NCBI RefSeq assembly: GCF_026210795.1
Contig: NC_089431.1
Span: 5,084,001-5,148,000 of the forward strand
Direction of reading: 5' to 3'
DNA length: 64,000 bases
Source: Rhizophagus irregularis
Taxonomy: Eukaryota
The position numbers and the translations under genes are program-made. This document shows positions 53,518 to 64,000 of the stretch, piece by piece; position 1 is the stretch's first letter; each line of letters starts with the position of its first letter. The notes beneath the pieces are model-generated. The model was not told where the DNA came from, made no database searches, and saw only the letters and a program-made list of their open reading frames with translations.

Positions 53518-55503
53518 TCAAAGATTAATATCAAAATCATTTTCTATGGTAATATATTCTATATATAAATTAAAAATTAATTAGAATCTGATAAATTTAC
53601 CGTGTATATTATACGACAAATTTCCTACCATTATTATTAATTTTCACATCAATGTCAAATTCGAATTCTTTTGAAAGGTAATCTAAAGACAACATATTAA
53701 ATTTAATTAAATAATAATTATGAAATCAATACATTCTTGAATTAAAAAATGTTATTACCATTATTTTCATTTTCAACCAATTTTTTTCTCTTAATGAAAT
53801 GGCCTAAATATATTTTTAAGTTAATACAGTAATTAATCTTTTAAGCCCTATTGGTTTTATTATCAAGAAAGTTAATTTATATCATACCATTATCAATTAA
53901 ATCATTTTCATATTTTCTTTTACCTTCAAAAGGAATAATATACAGTCATTAATATTTACATAAATTGACAAAAAATAAATTATAAGTAATTACCAGTAGG
54001 TCCCATGTTATTTTTCTGATAATAATTAAATTGTTCTAAATAATTAATCAGGGTAAATACTGTGTATAGCATATTTAAACAAAACCTTATATTTATTTTA
54101 CCTAAATTAATAGATTGACTTCTTGAAATCCTTAAAGACATTGCAGATTGAATCATGTCGCTTAAATTTCTGCTCTTATAAATTGCATTTGGATTATTTT
54201 TTGGTACAGGTCCGATATCTGATGATTTAATAATTTCAGTTGAATCATTATTATTGTAATTTTCCAACTCCTCCTCAATTATTTCATTAACCCTGTCAAA
54301 TATATCAGTAGCCAATGGTCTTCTTTTTGGATCGGAATGCCAACATTCTTTCATTAATTCAATATAACCGTTAGGTGCATTTGTTACAATAGGTGGTCGT
54401 AAACCATCAAAAATTTCAATAATAAGTTCTGTATCATGATTTCGATCCCAAAAAGGTCTTCTACCTGTCATTAACTCCCACATAATCATTCCAAAACTAT
54501 ATATATCTGAAGCTTTAGTATACTCTCGTCCTTGAAAAATCTCCGGAGCCATATATGGAATAATTCCATAATTTTCATTACATGAAGAATCAGTTGCAGA
54601 TTTACTTATACCCAAATCACCTATTGTTACTTCATCAATAAAATAAATATCTTTTTTACCAAAAAATATATTTCCACTGTGGAAATCCCTATGGATAATA
54701 TTTACATCATGTATGTTGGCGAGTCCAACTATTATTTTTTTCAAGTTCACCAACTTCCCATGCCAATTAATATTATAAAAACCATTAGTTATATAATTGA
54801 TCAAATCACCTGAATCATAATATGGCATGATAATCATTATATCTTGAGAATTAGGATCCTGAGTAATTCCGAAATATTTGCATACATAATTTCCACCATC
54901 ATACTTGTACCACTTCCTTTTGAATTTTGCGGAATAATTATAAAATACCTTGAGCTAGAATAAAAAAAAATTTAGTGATAATTTATTTATTTAAAAATTG
55001 GGCTTCATTGATTTAAATAGAATATTTACCTCGTTCAACTCTTTAGATGTGATATAATTAGAATTATTGAGTTTTTTGAGAACAACTGTATAATTACCCT
55101 CACGAGCGCTACTTTTAATATTCCAACTTAAAAGTGGACCATTAATCCAAGTGGCTTTATAAACTTTACTAAATCCTCCTTCAGCAAGAAATTCTATGTC
55201 TTTAAATTGGTCATAAGAAACAAATTCCATTTTTCCTGCGCCTTTAACTAGACTAATTTGAGTATTTCTGATAAAATCATCAATAACTTTGTTTCTACTT
55301 TTTTTCATCTCATATGACATTACTTTGTAACAAACATGACAAATCTGGTGACTTTTATCTAAAGGTTTTCTTCTTTTATTGCATTCATTACATTTACTTT
55401 TTTTGTATTTTGATTTAATAATGTCTTGTGTAGGTTGAATTGAAGAGGTATTATTTGATAATTTAAAATCAATTTTACATTTATAATTGGTTGTTCGTTC
55501 CAT
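53518..55503 (-). CDS. Tyrosine-kinase-like protein kinase, paralog of 45032..46835
   Basis: Exons 55503..55030 and 54954..54102, then about five short phase-1 exons ending YITIENDFDINL* at 53518. Motifs AEGGFSKVY, HRDFHSGN, DLG and YMAPE. Confidence 0.88.
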
Positions 55504-55815
55504 TTTTTTTTTTTTAAAAAAAAATTAACTGTTTAGTTTGAGTCAAGAAAACTGTCTATATATATACATTTTTTTAAAAATTTAATTGTTATACAAGGAA
55601 TTCTTTTTTCGAATTCTATTATTCTATACATAATTCCTAATAAATTTCTAGAAATCTTTATTAGAAATATGATTTTCTAAGAAATCTTCTGTGACATGCA
55701 AAGAATTATTATTTCTACCGATAGTGACATTCTAGAAGCTTCTGATTACTTAATTAGAATTTGGAAGTGGAATTGGAAGAATTGGAACTTCCAATCTTCC
55801 AGTATTACGTGATAC

Positions 55816-55958
55816 TAGAGGTTGGAACCGGTTATAAATTCAATATATGAAACCGGGTTTAACCGAAAATATAACCGGTTATTCCGAACTTATTTATAAT
55901 CACGTGCTATAGAGATAATATAACCGGTTTTTGAAAATAAAACCGGTTCCAACCTCTA
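55816..55958. mobile_element. hAT MITE (143 bp), about 310 bp upstream of kinase 2
   Basis: Perfect 18-bp TIR tagaggttggaaccggtt and perfect 8-bp TSD cgtgatac. Confidence 0.95.
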
Positions 55959-56118
55959 CGTGATACCGCATGTAACATACAATTAATTGTAGATCTGTTT
56001 ATAGCATTCTAATTCATTCTATATTTTGTTATGCATCCTTGTTTGAAACTACAAAAAATAAAAATCAAGTTCTTTGTTACTTAAATTATAAATAGTCAAA
56101 TGATTATAACCTACCTAC

Positions 56119-56292
56119 CTATACTATATAATAATTATTTTTGTATGTAACTGCAACGCGTTTAAACTAATCTGTATAAATATTTTTGTATTGTGTTACA
56201 TAGTCACGTTATTCACCATTATCGGGTTATATATGTAATCAAATATCAAATAACTTACGGATTTTACTTGCAAAGCAACGGTTAACAGCTAG
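56119..56292 (+). mobile_element. Putative tiny non-autonomous Helitron
   Basis: 5' end ctatactatataata; 3' end ttgcaaagcaacggttaacagCTAG|T. Confidence 0.5.
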
Positions 56293-56461
56293 TATATTAT
56301 TTATGTTACACATATAAAAACTAATAAATAACTTTCATAAATATGTACTGAACTTTTACTTAAAGATGCAAAATTGTTACGCATATTTTAGAATTTAATA
56401 AATAACAAGCTAAATGAATAAATATTAATTACTTTAATTATTACGTTATGACATTCCGTTT

Positions 56462-56584
56462 TAGGGATGGTAACGGTCACGGTTTTTAACCGGTCATGAC
56501 CGGTTATGACCGTGACCGATATCGGTCGGTCAAAGGCTTCTGACCGACCGTTTAACCGACCGTGACCGACCGTTGCCATCCCTA
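56462..56584. mobile_element. hAT MITE (123 bp)
   Basis: TIR tagggatgg(t/c)aacggtc (16/17 match); imperfect TSD ttccgttt/ttccgtcc. Confidence 0.9.
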
Positions 56585-57839
56585 TTCCGTCCTAGTCAAC
56601 TGAGATAAACCAATTAACCTATTGACTTAAATTTTCTGTGCAAAGGTCTGATACACTGCATTTTGATTTTTCAGTAAGTGAACCATGGGTATGCTGATAA
56701 TGATCGGAAAACTCTATATACAGTATATTAATATTAGTGTGTTAACAAATGATACTTATTAATACAAATAAAAAAAATGTATGACCTGACGAATTAATTT
56801 ATCAAGCATATATTTCCTTTGTATATTCATATAATCTTTATGTTGAGGTGGATTCTGTAGTTCTACTTTAAATAATTAGATTATTCTGACCCTGTCCTAA
56901 TATATAATTCAAAACAATTAAGTGGACCTAAACTTCCAAATTTTTGGTGTGTTTTCTATAATGACAACTACAAAAAAATTGTAATAAGCATAATGACAAT
57001 GTAACTTCATTTAATTGACAAATTGTATTTATGTATATAGGAAAAATTATATTATGTAATAGAATTAATAGATTACTAGTTACACTTTTTGTATTTTACA
57101 TTCTTATTTTGACATTGTATTTTTTCATGCAATATTAAAACATTTTCAAATATATAAATAAACAATATATTGCAAAGTGTTAAACCTAGCATTGGCTTGA
57201 CCTTAAAATATTTTTTATTCTAACACCTATTTATTTTTTTCAACTTTATTATAAGATAACTTGATAACCTATGCATTTTAATAACCTTAATTATACCTGG
57301 GCGTATTAGATTCAAGCCATATTACGGCACATTACACCAATTCTGCATTACGTAATAATGGCGTAATACTATTTTCATATGAATCTTTGAACAAAAATTT
57401 GATGTAATATATTTCACCATTAATGCCGGATTATTTGAAATAATTACGCCTCCATGTATAAACCTCAATTGCTTCCCAAGACCTTTTCTGCCTTGTCTTT
57501 CATATTCTCATCCTTATACACAACAAATAAGGGCCTCAAACTTAGACAATAGTTTCCTTTCGCTGTTTAACATACATTCCATAAAATACCATTTTTTTTT
57601 ACATTTATTACAAATCCGTATACTTTATCCATATCATTTTCACTCTGTTCTTGCAAAATAGGGAAGAATCATCTATACAGTGGCTTATATAAGGCCCTAT
57701 ATGTTACCAGACTTGAACCATTTTCCTGAAATTGAGGTAAAGGCTGATGGATTAAAATTTTTTCCGGCTGCTTAGATATTAATTCCGTACGAAACATTTG
57801 ATGGACCAAGAAAGAATCATGCACAAAACTCAATTGATA

Positions 57840-58240
57840 TATTGAACTTAAATTTTGTTCTAATCAATTTGCTTTGTTTTAATTAAAAAAGTTTGTAACT
57901 GAAATTTGTTCTTGAAGGCTTAATTAACTTGCGCTGACTAAAATTTTAATAATATCTGAAGAATCTAACAAATATTTCCTTGTTAAAAATATAGATAAAT
58001 TTATAATTATATTTATTATACCTTACTTGTCTAAGAATTATTTTAAAATTTCAGGTAAAATAATATTAGTCATTTTTCTTTTTATTAGTTGATAAAACTC
58101 GGGAAACCAACGATAATTTAAAATAACCAGAATATCTTTATGTAAGAGTCATTACCAACTTCAATTTAATGCCATAATATTCGTTATCATACAAAATTTT
58201 AAGCAAATTCTGTGATAATTTAGTAAAATTTTATTTTCAT
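57840..58240 (-). pseudogene. Decayed BTB gene 5' fragment
   Basis: Minus strand has aaattatcacagaatttgctt, attgaagttggtaatgac, gttattttaaattatcgt and tcagatattattaaaattttagtc, with many indels. Confidence 0.8.
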
Positions 58241-59147
58241 GTTATTATAATCGTAACGAAAGAAATAAATTTCATAAAAAAAAAGTCCAAAATTGAACCT
58301 TATATAGTAACACAATTTCCAGAATTGGAAATGAATCGAGTTGTGTTTTGCAACGCACAAAAATTTCTTTTACATGACATCACATTTCATGTATTAGAGA
58401 TTTCTTATTGTAGTTAAGGAATATCGCGTCAGACGCGTCATTCACAATATTTACTTTTTATTAATATTATAATTAGAATTCAACCTTCGTAAAAAAAATG
58501 CACTGATCGCCATTGAAGAATTGCGTAATATTACTTAATTATATACTGATATATAAATTTTTTTTTCTGTATTTTGAATTTATTTTTTATCAATTTTTAA
58601 TATTATTTAATATTTAGGTCGCTGCCGGGATAGTTTTCAAAAAAAAGAGAAATATTATTCTATTAAGTTCATTGCAATTAAATTACAAACAAAATCTTTT
58701 ATTGTTCGTACTGTATTTTTATTATTTATAAAAAAGTACAAACTTTTTTAAAATAATATACATTTTTTTAAAAAAAATATAAACGATTTTTAACACATCA
58801 AAAATACTTCAAGAATTTAAGCATAAAATATACACACAAAAAGTCGAGACATTGTCGAGCGGAAAATTAAATAAGTAAAATAATGTAATCTCATATCATA
58901 ACTATTTATTCACTACTACCGAAGGCAATATATCGAATAATTCAATCGTTGCTTATTAGCATTACAATGACCGATATTGCTACCGAAAAGAATTATGTCA
59001 CTAGTCACGAGGTTGGTGACACATTAGACGAAAAGCTCACATGTGAGTGGCATCAAATGATTTTCATTCCTATAAATAAGGTTTAAAACTTTAGAAGCCG
59101 ATCTTTTTAGGTTCTTTTTTCTTATTTTTTTTTATTTAAAAATTACA

Positions 59148-60674
59148 ATGGTTGATAATAAACTTTTGCCAAGATTATCACAAAATTTACTTGAAATTTT
59201 AAACGATGAAGAATATTATGATATCACAATTGAAGTTGGTAGTGACCCTTATGTAAAAGTATTTCGGGCTCATATGGTTATTTTAAATTATCGTTCCCCC
59301 TATTTACGAAGAGTTTTATCAACAAATAAAAAGAAAAATGATGGAACCTTGGCACATATTAAATTACCAAATATTTTACCTGAGATTTTTCAAATAGTTT
59401 TAAGGTAAAAAAGAATTAATTATAATAATATTTGTATTTTATTTTATTTTATTATTAAGCTTATTATCGCTTAATTAGGTATATCTATGGAGGAAAAATT
59501 TCTTTGGAAGAATATGATAATTCAGATATTGTTAAAATTATGATTGCTGCCAATGAACTAAGTTTTCATGAATTAATACCTTATTTAGAATCTTTTTTAA
59601 TTGAAAATAAAACAGATTGGGTGGAACAACATTTTGATTTAATATATCAAATGAGTTATGAAAATGATTCTTTCTTAGAACTTCGAAAATATTGTATTGA
59701 TTTAATTTCCAAAGAACCAAATAAAATATTTAATTCAAGAAAAATTATTTATCGCAATTATTCAAAATAATAATCTTCGAATGAGCGAAATTCAAATTTG
59801 GGAATATGTGATAAAATGGGGACTTGCGCAAAATCCAGAACTTCCTCCTGATTATACAAGCTTTTTAAAAGATGATTTTAATACTTTAAAAAATACCTTA
59901 CAGAAATGTATTCCTTATATTAAATTCCAAAATTTAACTTCAAAAGAATTTTTGCATAATATATTCCCTTATAGAGAAATTCTTCCCAAGAAATTATACA
60001 TAGATTTATTAAAAACCTTTTTGAATAGTGATTATAAACCTTCTAGGAATTTTGGACCTTCTAAGAATATTAGACCTTCTAAGAATGTTAGACCTTCTAA
60101 GAATGTTAGACCTTCTATGAATTTTAGTTCAAAAAACGTCGATTCAGTGATTATTTCAGATCAACATGTTGAATTGATCTCAAAATGGATTAATAAATTA
60201 AAAATTACAGACAAGTTAACAACTTCATATAAACTCAAATTATTATACCGAGACTCTCGTGATGGATCTGCTGATGAACAGAATGATGGCCTCAATAAAT
60301 TCCGAGAGGTTTGCAAAAATCAATCTCGCACCATAACAGTTATTAAAGTGAAAAACAGTAATGTGATTCTTGGAGGATATAATCCGATAGAATGGAAATT
60401 TGATAATTCTTATGGAATTACTAAAGATAGCTTTATATTCTCTTTTAATGATAGTAGTTTCGAAAACTATATTTTAAGTCGTGTAAAGAATGAAAATGGT
60501 GCTATATATAGTGGAATATACAGTACTGGTCTAGCATTTAATAGTGACTTGCATTTATACATAGATGCTTCTGATCAATTAAGAATTTTATGCAAGAAAA
60601 ATTCTTATGAAAAACATATCGGAGAAAAAAACCATTTATATATAGAAAAAATTGAAGTATTTCAAATTGTGTAA
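59148..60674 (+). pseudogene. BTB/POZ-BACK-TLDc copy 8, frameshifted by a deletion of about 20 bp
   Basis: Exons 59148..59404 and 59479..60674. At about 59737 the PNFSSIP codons of paralogs are missing, and the frame resumes as EKLFIAIIQNNNLRMSEIQ in ORF 59781..60674. Confidence 0.85.
60036..60125 (+). repeat. Coding minisatellite, 5 x 18 bp
   Basis: Units like agaccttctaagaatgtt encode KPSRNF GPSKNI RPSKNV RPSKNV RPSMNF. Confidence 0.9.
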
Positions 60675-61133
60675 GATTTATGCTAAATCTAAAGATTCAC
60701 ATTATTTTTAACAATAATAACGATTTTACTTACATTCATATTGATTCCTTTAGATTATAAATAAAAAAATCTGGGTTGCTATACAGTTTTTTTTAAAAAA
60801 AATAAACAAATAAATATTCATTATTTGCATTTATAAAAAATTTTTAATTTCTTTGACTCGATTGAATGAGGTTTAAATAAATTAATAATAAAACTGATGA
60901 AAATTAGACGTTATTTGAGAGGCCAGGATATTCTCTATTATTATCATAACTAAACATCTCTTAACTTCCCAAATTTTACTATATATAAAGATCGAGGTCG
61001 ACATCACTTCCTTGCAGTGAAGTTAATGGTGCAGCGGATGAAAAAATATGCAGACGCACATGAAGTCACGTGTAGTTCTACAGCATCTATTAAAACTACT
61101 TTTTTTGATTTTTTTTTATTTTGTAAAATTATA

Positions 61134-61615
61134 ATGGTTGATAATAAACTTATGCTAAATTATCCAAAATCTACTTGAAATTTTAAGCGATGAAGAATAT
61201 TATGGATACCACAATTGAAGTTGGTAGTGACCCTTACATAAAAATATTTCAAGTTCATAGTTATTTAAATTATCGTTTTCCAGTATTTAAAAAGAATTTT
61301 ATCAACTAATAAAAAGAAAATGACGGAGATTTAATACGTATTATTAAATTATCAAATATTCTACCAGAGGTTTTTCAAATAGTTTTAAGGTAAAAAAGAA
61401 TTAATTACAATATTTTTGTTTGATTTTAAAAAATATAAATTAAATTATTTACGTCTAATTGGTCTAATTGGGTATATTTATGGTGGAAAAATTTCTTTGG
61501 GAGAATTTGATAATTTCAGTTATTGTTAAAATTATGATTGATGAATTAATATCTTATTTAGAATCTTTTTGATTAAAAAATAAAGCAAATTGATTGGATG
61601 AAACAAAGTTTTGAT
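61134..61615 (+). pseudogene. Heavily decayed BTB gene 5' half, similar to copy 8
   Basis: atggttgataataaactt...gaagttggtagtgacccttac...ttaag|gtaaaaaagaattaatta has the same intron start as copy 8. It has many indels and a mutated acceptor. Confidence 0.85.
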
Positions 61616-61629
61616 AATAATACCAAAAC

Positions 61630-62161
61630 AGTGTTCAGTTTTCTAATTGATTTTTCATAAGAAGAATTCCATACAATAATTCTTATAGGATAATTCCCAT
61701 GTAATAAGATCACCTATGCCAAATAATAGACCATGTCCAGAACTATTGTAGTTAGCATAGTCATCACACGACCTAAAATATAATTATCAATTTTATCATT
61801 GCTAAACGAAAATATAAAACTATCTTTTGTGGTGCCGAAACTTTTATCTGATTTCCATTCATTTTGATTATATCCTCCAAGAATTTCATTACCTGTCTTT
61901 CACTTTAAAGTTTAAACAATTGTATTTGCTCGGGACTTACTATCACAAATTTCATGAAATTTAATTTGTGAACGCCCATCATGAGATGCACGAAATAATA
62001 ATTTGAATTCGTATGAAGAAGTCAACTTGTCAGTAAAATTTAATCTATTAATCCGTCTTGAGATTAATTCAGCATATTTGAGATGTAATAATTTTTTAAT
62101 CAACATTTCTTAATTTAATTTCATTGGTTATATGAGATTTTTGGTTTATTGATTGGTTTAC
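61630..62161 (-). pseudogene. Orphaned, decaying linker plus TLDc domain of copy 9
   Basis: KPINKPK..ITNEIKLRNVD*KIITSQ..AELISRRINRL...YEFKLLFRASHDG...ILGGYNQNEWKSD...KDSFIFSF...YEKSIRK, with a stop and frameshifts. Confidence 0.85.
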
Positions 62162-62383
62162 CAATTTATTTAATTGCAGCAAGTTATACAGAGTAAGCAC
62201 ACATAATACAAACTATTATTACAAACTTTGTGTTACATATTATACTATTTCTCCTTACTAAGCCACATCAGAAAAGCGCGGGTGGGTATTAACAAAAAAT
62301 AATACAATAATTGTGAATACAATAATTATAAAGCATAAAAAAAAAAATTATTTTGTTTTCACATTATCTAAGCATTGCCATTC

Positions 62384-63707
62384 TTAAAACCAGTAGTCAT
62401 CTACATTTCTCTTCTTTTGCTTTCTTCTTCGTTCTTCTACTCTTCGAAACGCTTCATCTGTATCTATTGGTTTAGCTTCGCCAAATGGATTTGGTTTGGA
62501 TGGTCGGGAAGCAACATTTTCATTTGGAGCAGCTGAACTTCTTGGTTTAAGCTCAAGTTTTTTTCGCATTGGTAGAGAAGTATAAGTATTAGTTGTTAAT
62601 GTACGAATATTATTAGAGTTTTCAGCTTTCGATTCTGATGATGGACGGATATCATATTTTCGCATTGAATTGTGATGATTATCATATCTTTCCTCAGACC
62701 TACGATCACGAAAATTTCTCCACTTTGTATCATCTTTATCTTCAACCTTATCATTTCTTCCACGATCATTTCGTTCAACGCCACGACTTTCAGGATTCGA
62801 AAGAGTTAAAAAAGTTTCCAATAAATATGCACATAATCCTTCGGGAAGAATTTCTCTATAAGGAAATACTTTGTCAACAAATTCTTTAGAAGTTAAGTCG
62901 TAAAGTCTTATAAAAGGAATACATTGTTTTAATGTATTCTTTAAAGTATTAAGATCATCATTTGAAAAGTTTGCGATTTCAGAAGGAAGTTCAGGATTTT
63001 GAGCAAAACCCCATTTAAGTACATTTTCCCAAATATGAACTTCGCTAGTTTTAAGATTATCATTTTGTACAATTGAAATCAAAAGATTTTCCGGAATTGA
63101 AGTGAAATCAGGAGATTTAAAAATCTTATCCGGTTCTTCAGTTATTAACCCAGTACAATAATTTTGAAGTTCAGAGAATGAATTATTTTCAAAACTTGTT
63201 TTATAAACGAAATTAAAATTTTCCTCCATCCAAGTTTTTTTATTTTTAATCAAAAAGGATTGTAAATAAATGACTAATTCTTGAAGATTAAGTTCATTAG
63301 CAGCAACCAAGACCTTAATTATATCTGAATTATCATAATCATTTAAAGAAATCTTTCCGCCATAAATATATCTAAAGTAAAAAAAAAATTGTGAAAATTA
63401 GAATTATTACAATTTAGTTTTTTTTTTGTTAATATTTGATCCTTTATTACCTTAAAATGATTTCAAAAATTTCAGGAGAAATATTTGATAATTTGATATG
63501 TGACAAAGTCTCATCATCTTTCTTTTTATTAGTTGATAAAATTCTTCGTAAATAAGGAGAACGATAATATAAAATGACCATATGCGCACGAAAGACCCTT
63601 ACATAAGGGTCAGTACCAACTTCAATGGTTATATCATAATATTCATCATCATTTAAAATTTCAAGTAAATTTTGTGATAAATTTGGTAAAAGTTTATTTT
63701 CATTCAT
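62384..63707 (-). CDS. Chimeric BTB/POZ-BACK protein (copy 9) with an eIF4B-like C-terminal segment in place of TLDc
   Basis: Exons 63707..63451 and 63371..62384 form one open frame. BTB-BACK runs to LTLSNPES, then an R/D-rich region containing RKKLELKPRS and SKPNPFGEAKPIDT follows. Confidence 0.8.
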
Positions 63708-64000
63708 TTTTATAAAATAGTTAACGGAAAGGAAAGAAATGAGAAAAAAGAGTCAACTTAAATTTGTAAATGATTAGCCTTATATATATTCATTTTATAC
63801 GTCATTATTTTATTTTAATTTTGCACCGCATATGTTGTAATAAGCTAATGTGTCCGTATTTGGCAGTATTGCCATCGATCGCTTATTTTGTATCACTAAA
63901 AAGAAAATAATAAGATTTAACAATTGAGCAGAATTTAACATTATATTATAATGTCTTCCTATAAAATTATTAAGACTTTGCTTTATATAATTTGCAACAT

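Noticed and set aside
57465..57830. GC-richer stretch as a gene remnant
   Set aside because: I found no sustained frame or motif by eye.
1..64000. tRNA/rRNA genes or prokaryote-type defence systems
   Set aside because: None recognised. Spliceosomal introns and eukaryotic TEs occur throughout. tRNAscan-SE or Infernal would be needed to exclude small RNAs.

Overview
AT-rich, intron-containing fungal DNA. The gene families (BTB-BACK-TLDc, TKL-type kinases with an N-terminal CxxC..CxxC finger, single-exon F-box/LRR, AIG1-type GTPase) point to an arbuscular mycorrhizal fungus such as Rhizophagus; this is inferred from family style, not from a search. The window is a birth-and-death array of 9 long BTB-BACK(-TLDc) loci plus several fragments. 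Six look intact, one has a nonsense codon, one has a 20-bp frameshift, and one is a chimera whose TLDc domain was displaced by an in-frame eIF4B-like segment. Interspersed are two TKL kinases, an F-box gene, a truncated DUF4419 gene and a frameshifted AIG1 GTPase. The spacers carry many transposons, including a 5'-truncated RNase H-bearing LINE with a 16-bp TSD that holds a nested hAT derivative and a pogo-like MITE, plus other hAT and Tc1/mariner MITEs and probable Helitron ends. Several ORF-less arrays of spliceable mini-exons also occur. Exon boundaries were read by eye from GT..AG sites and paralog comparison.
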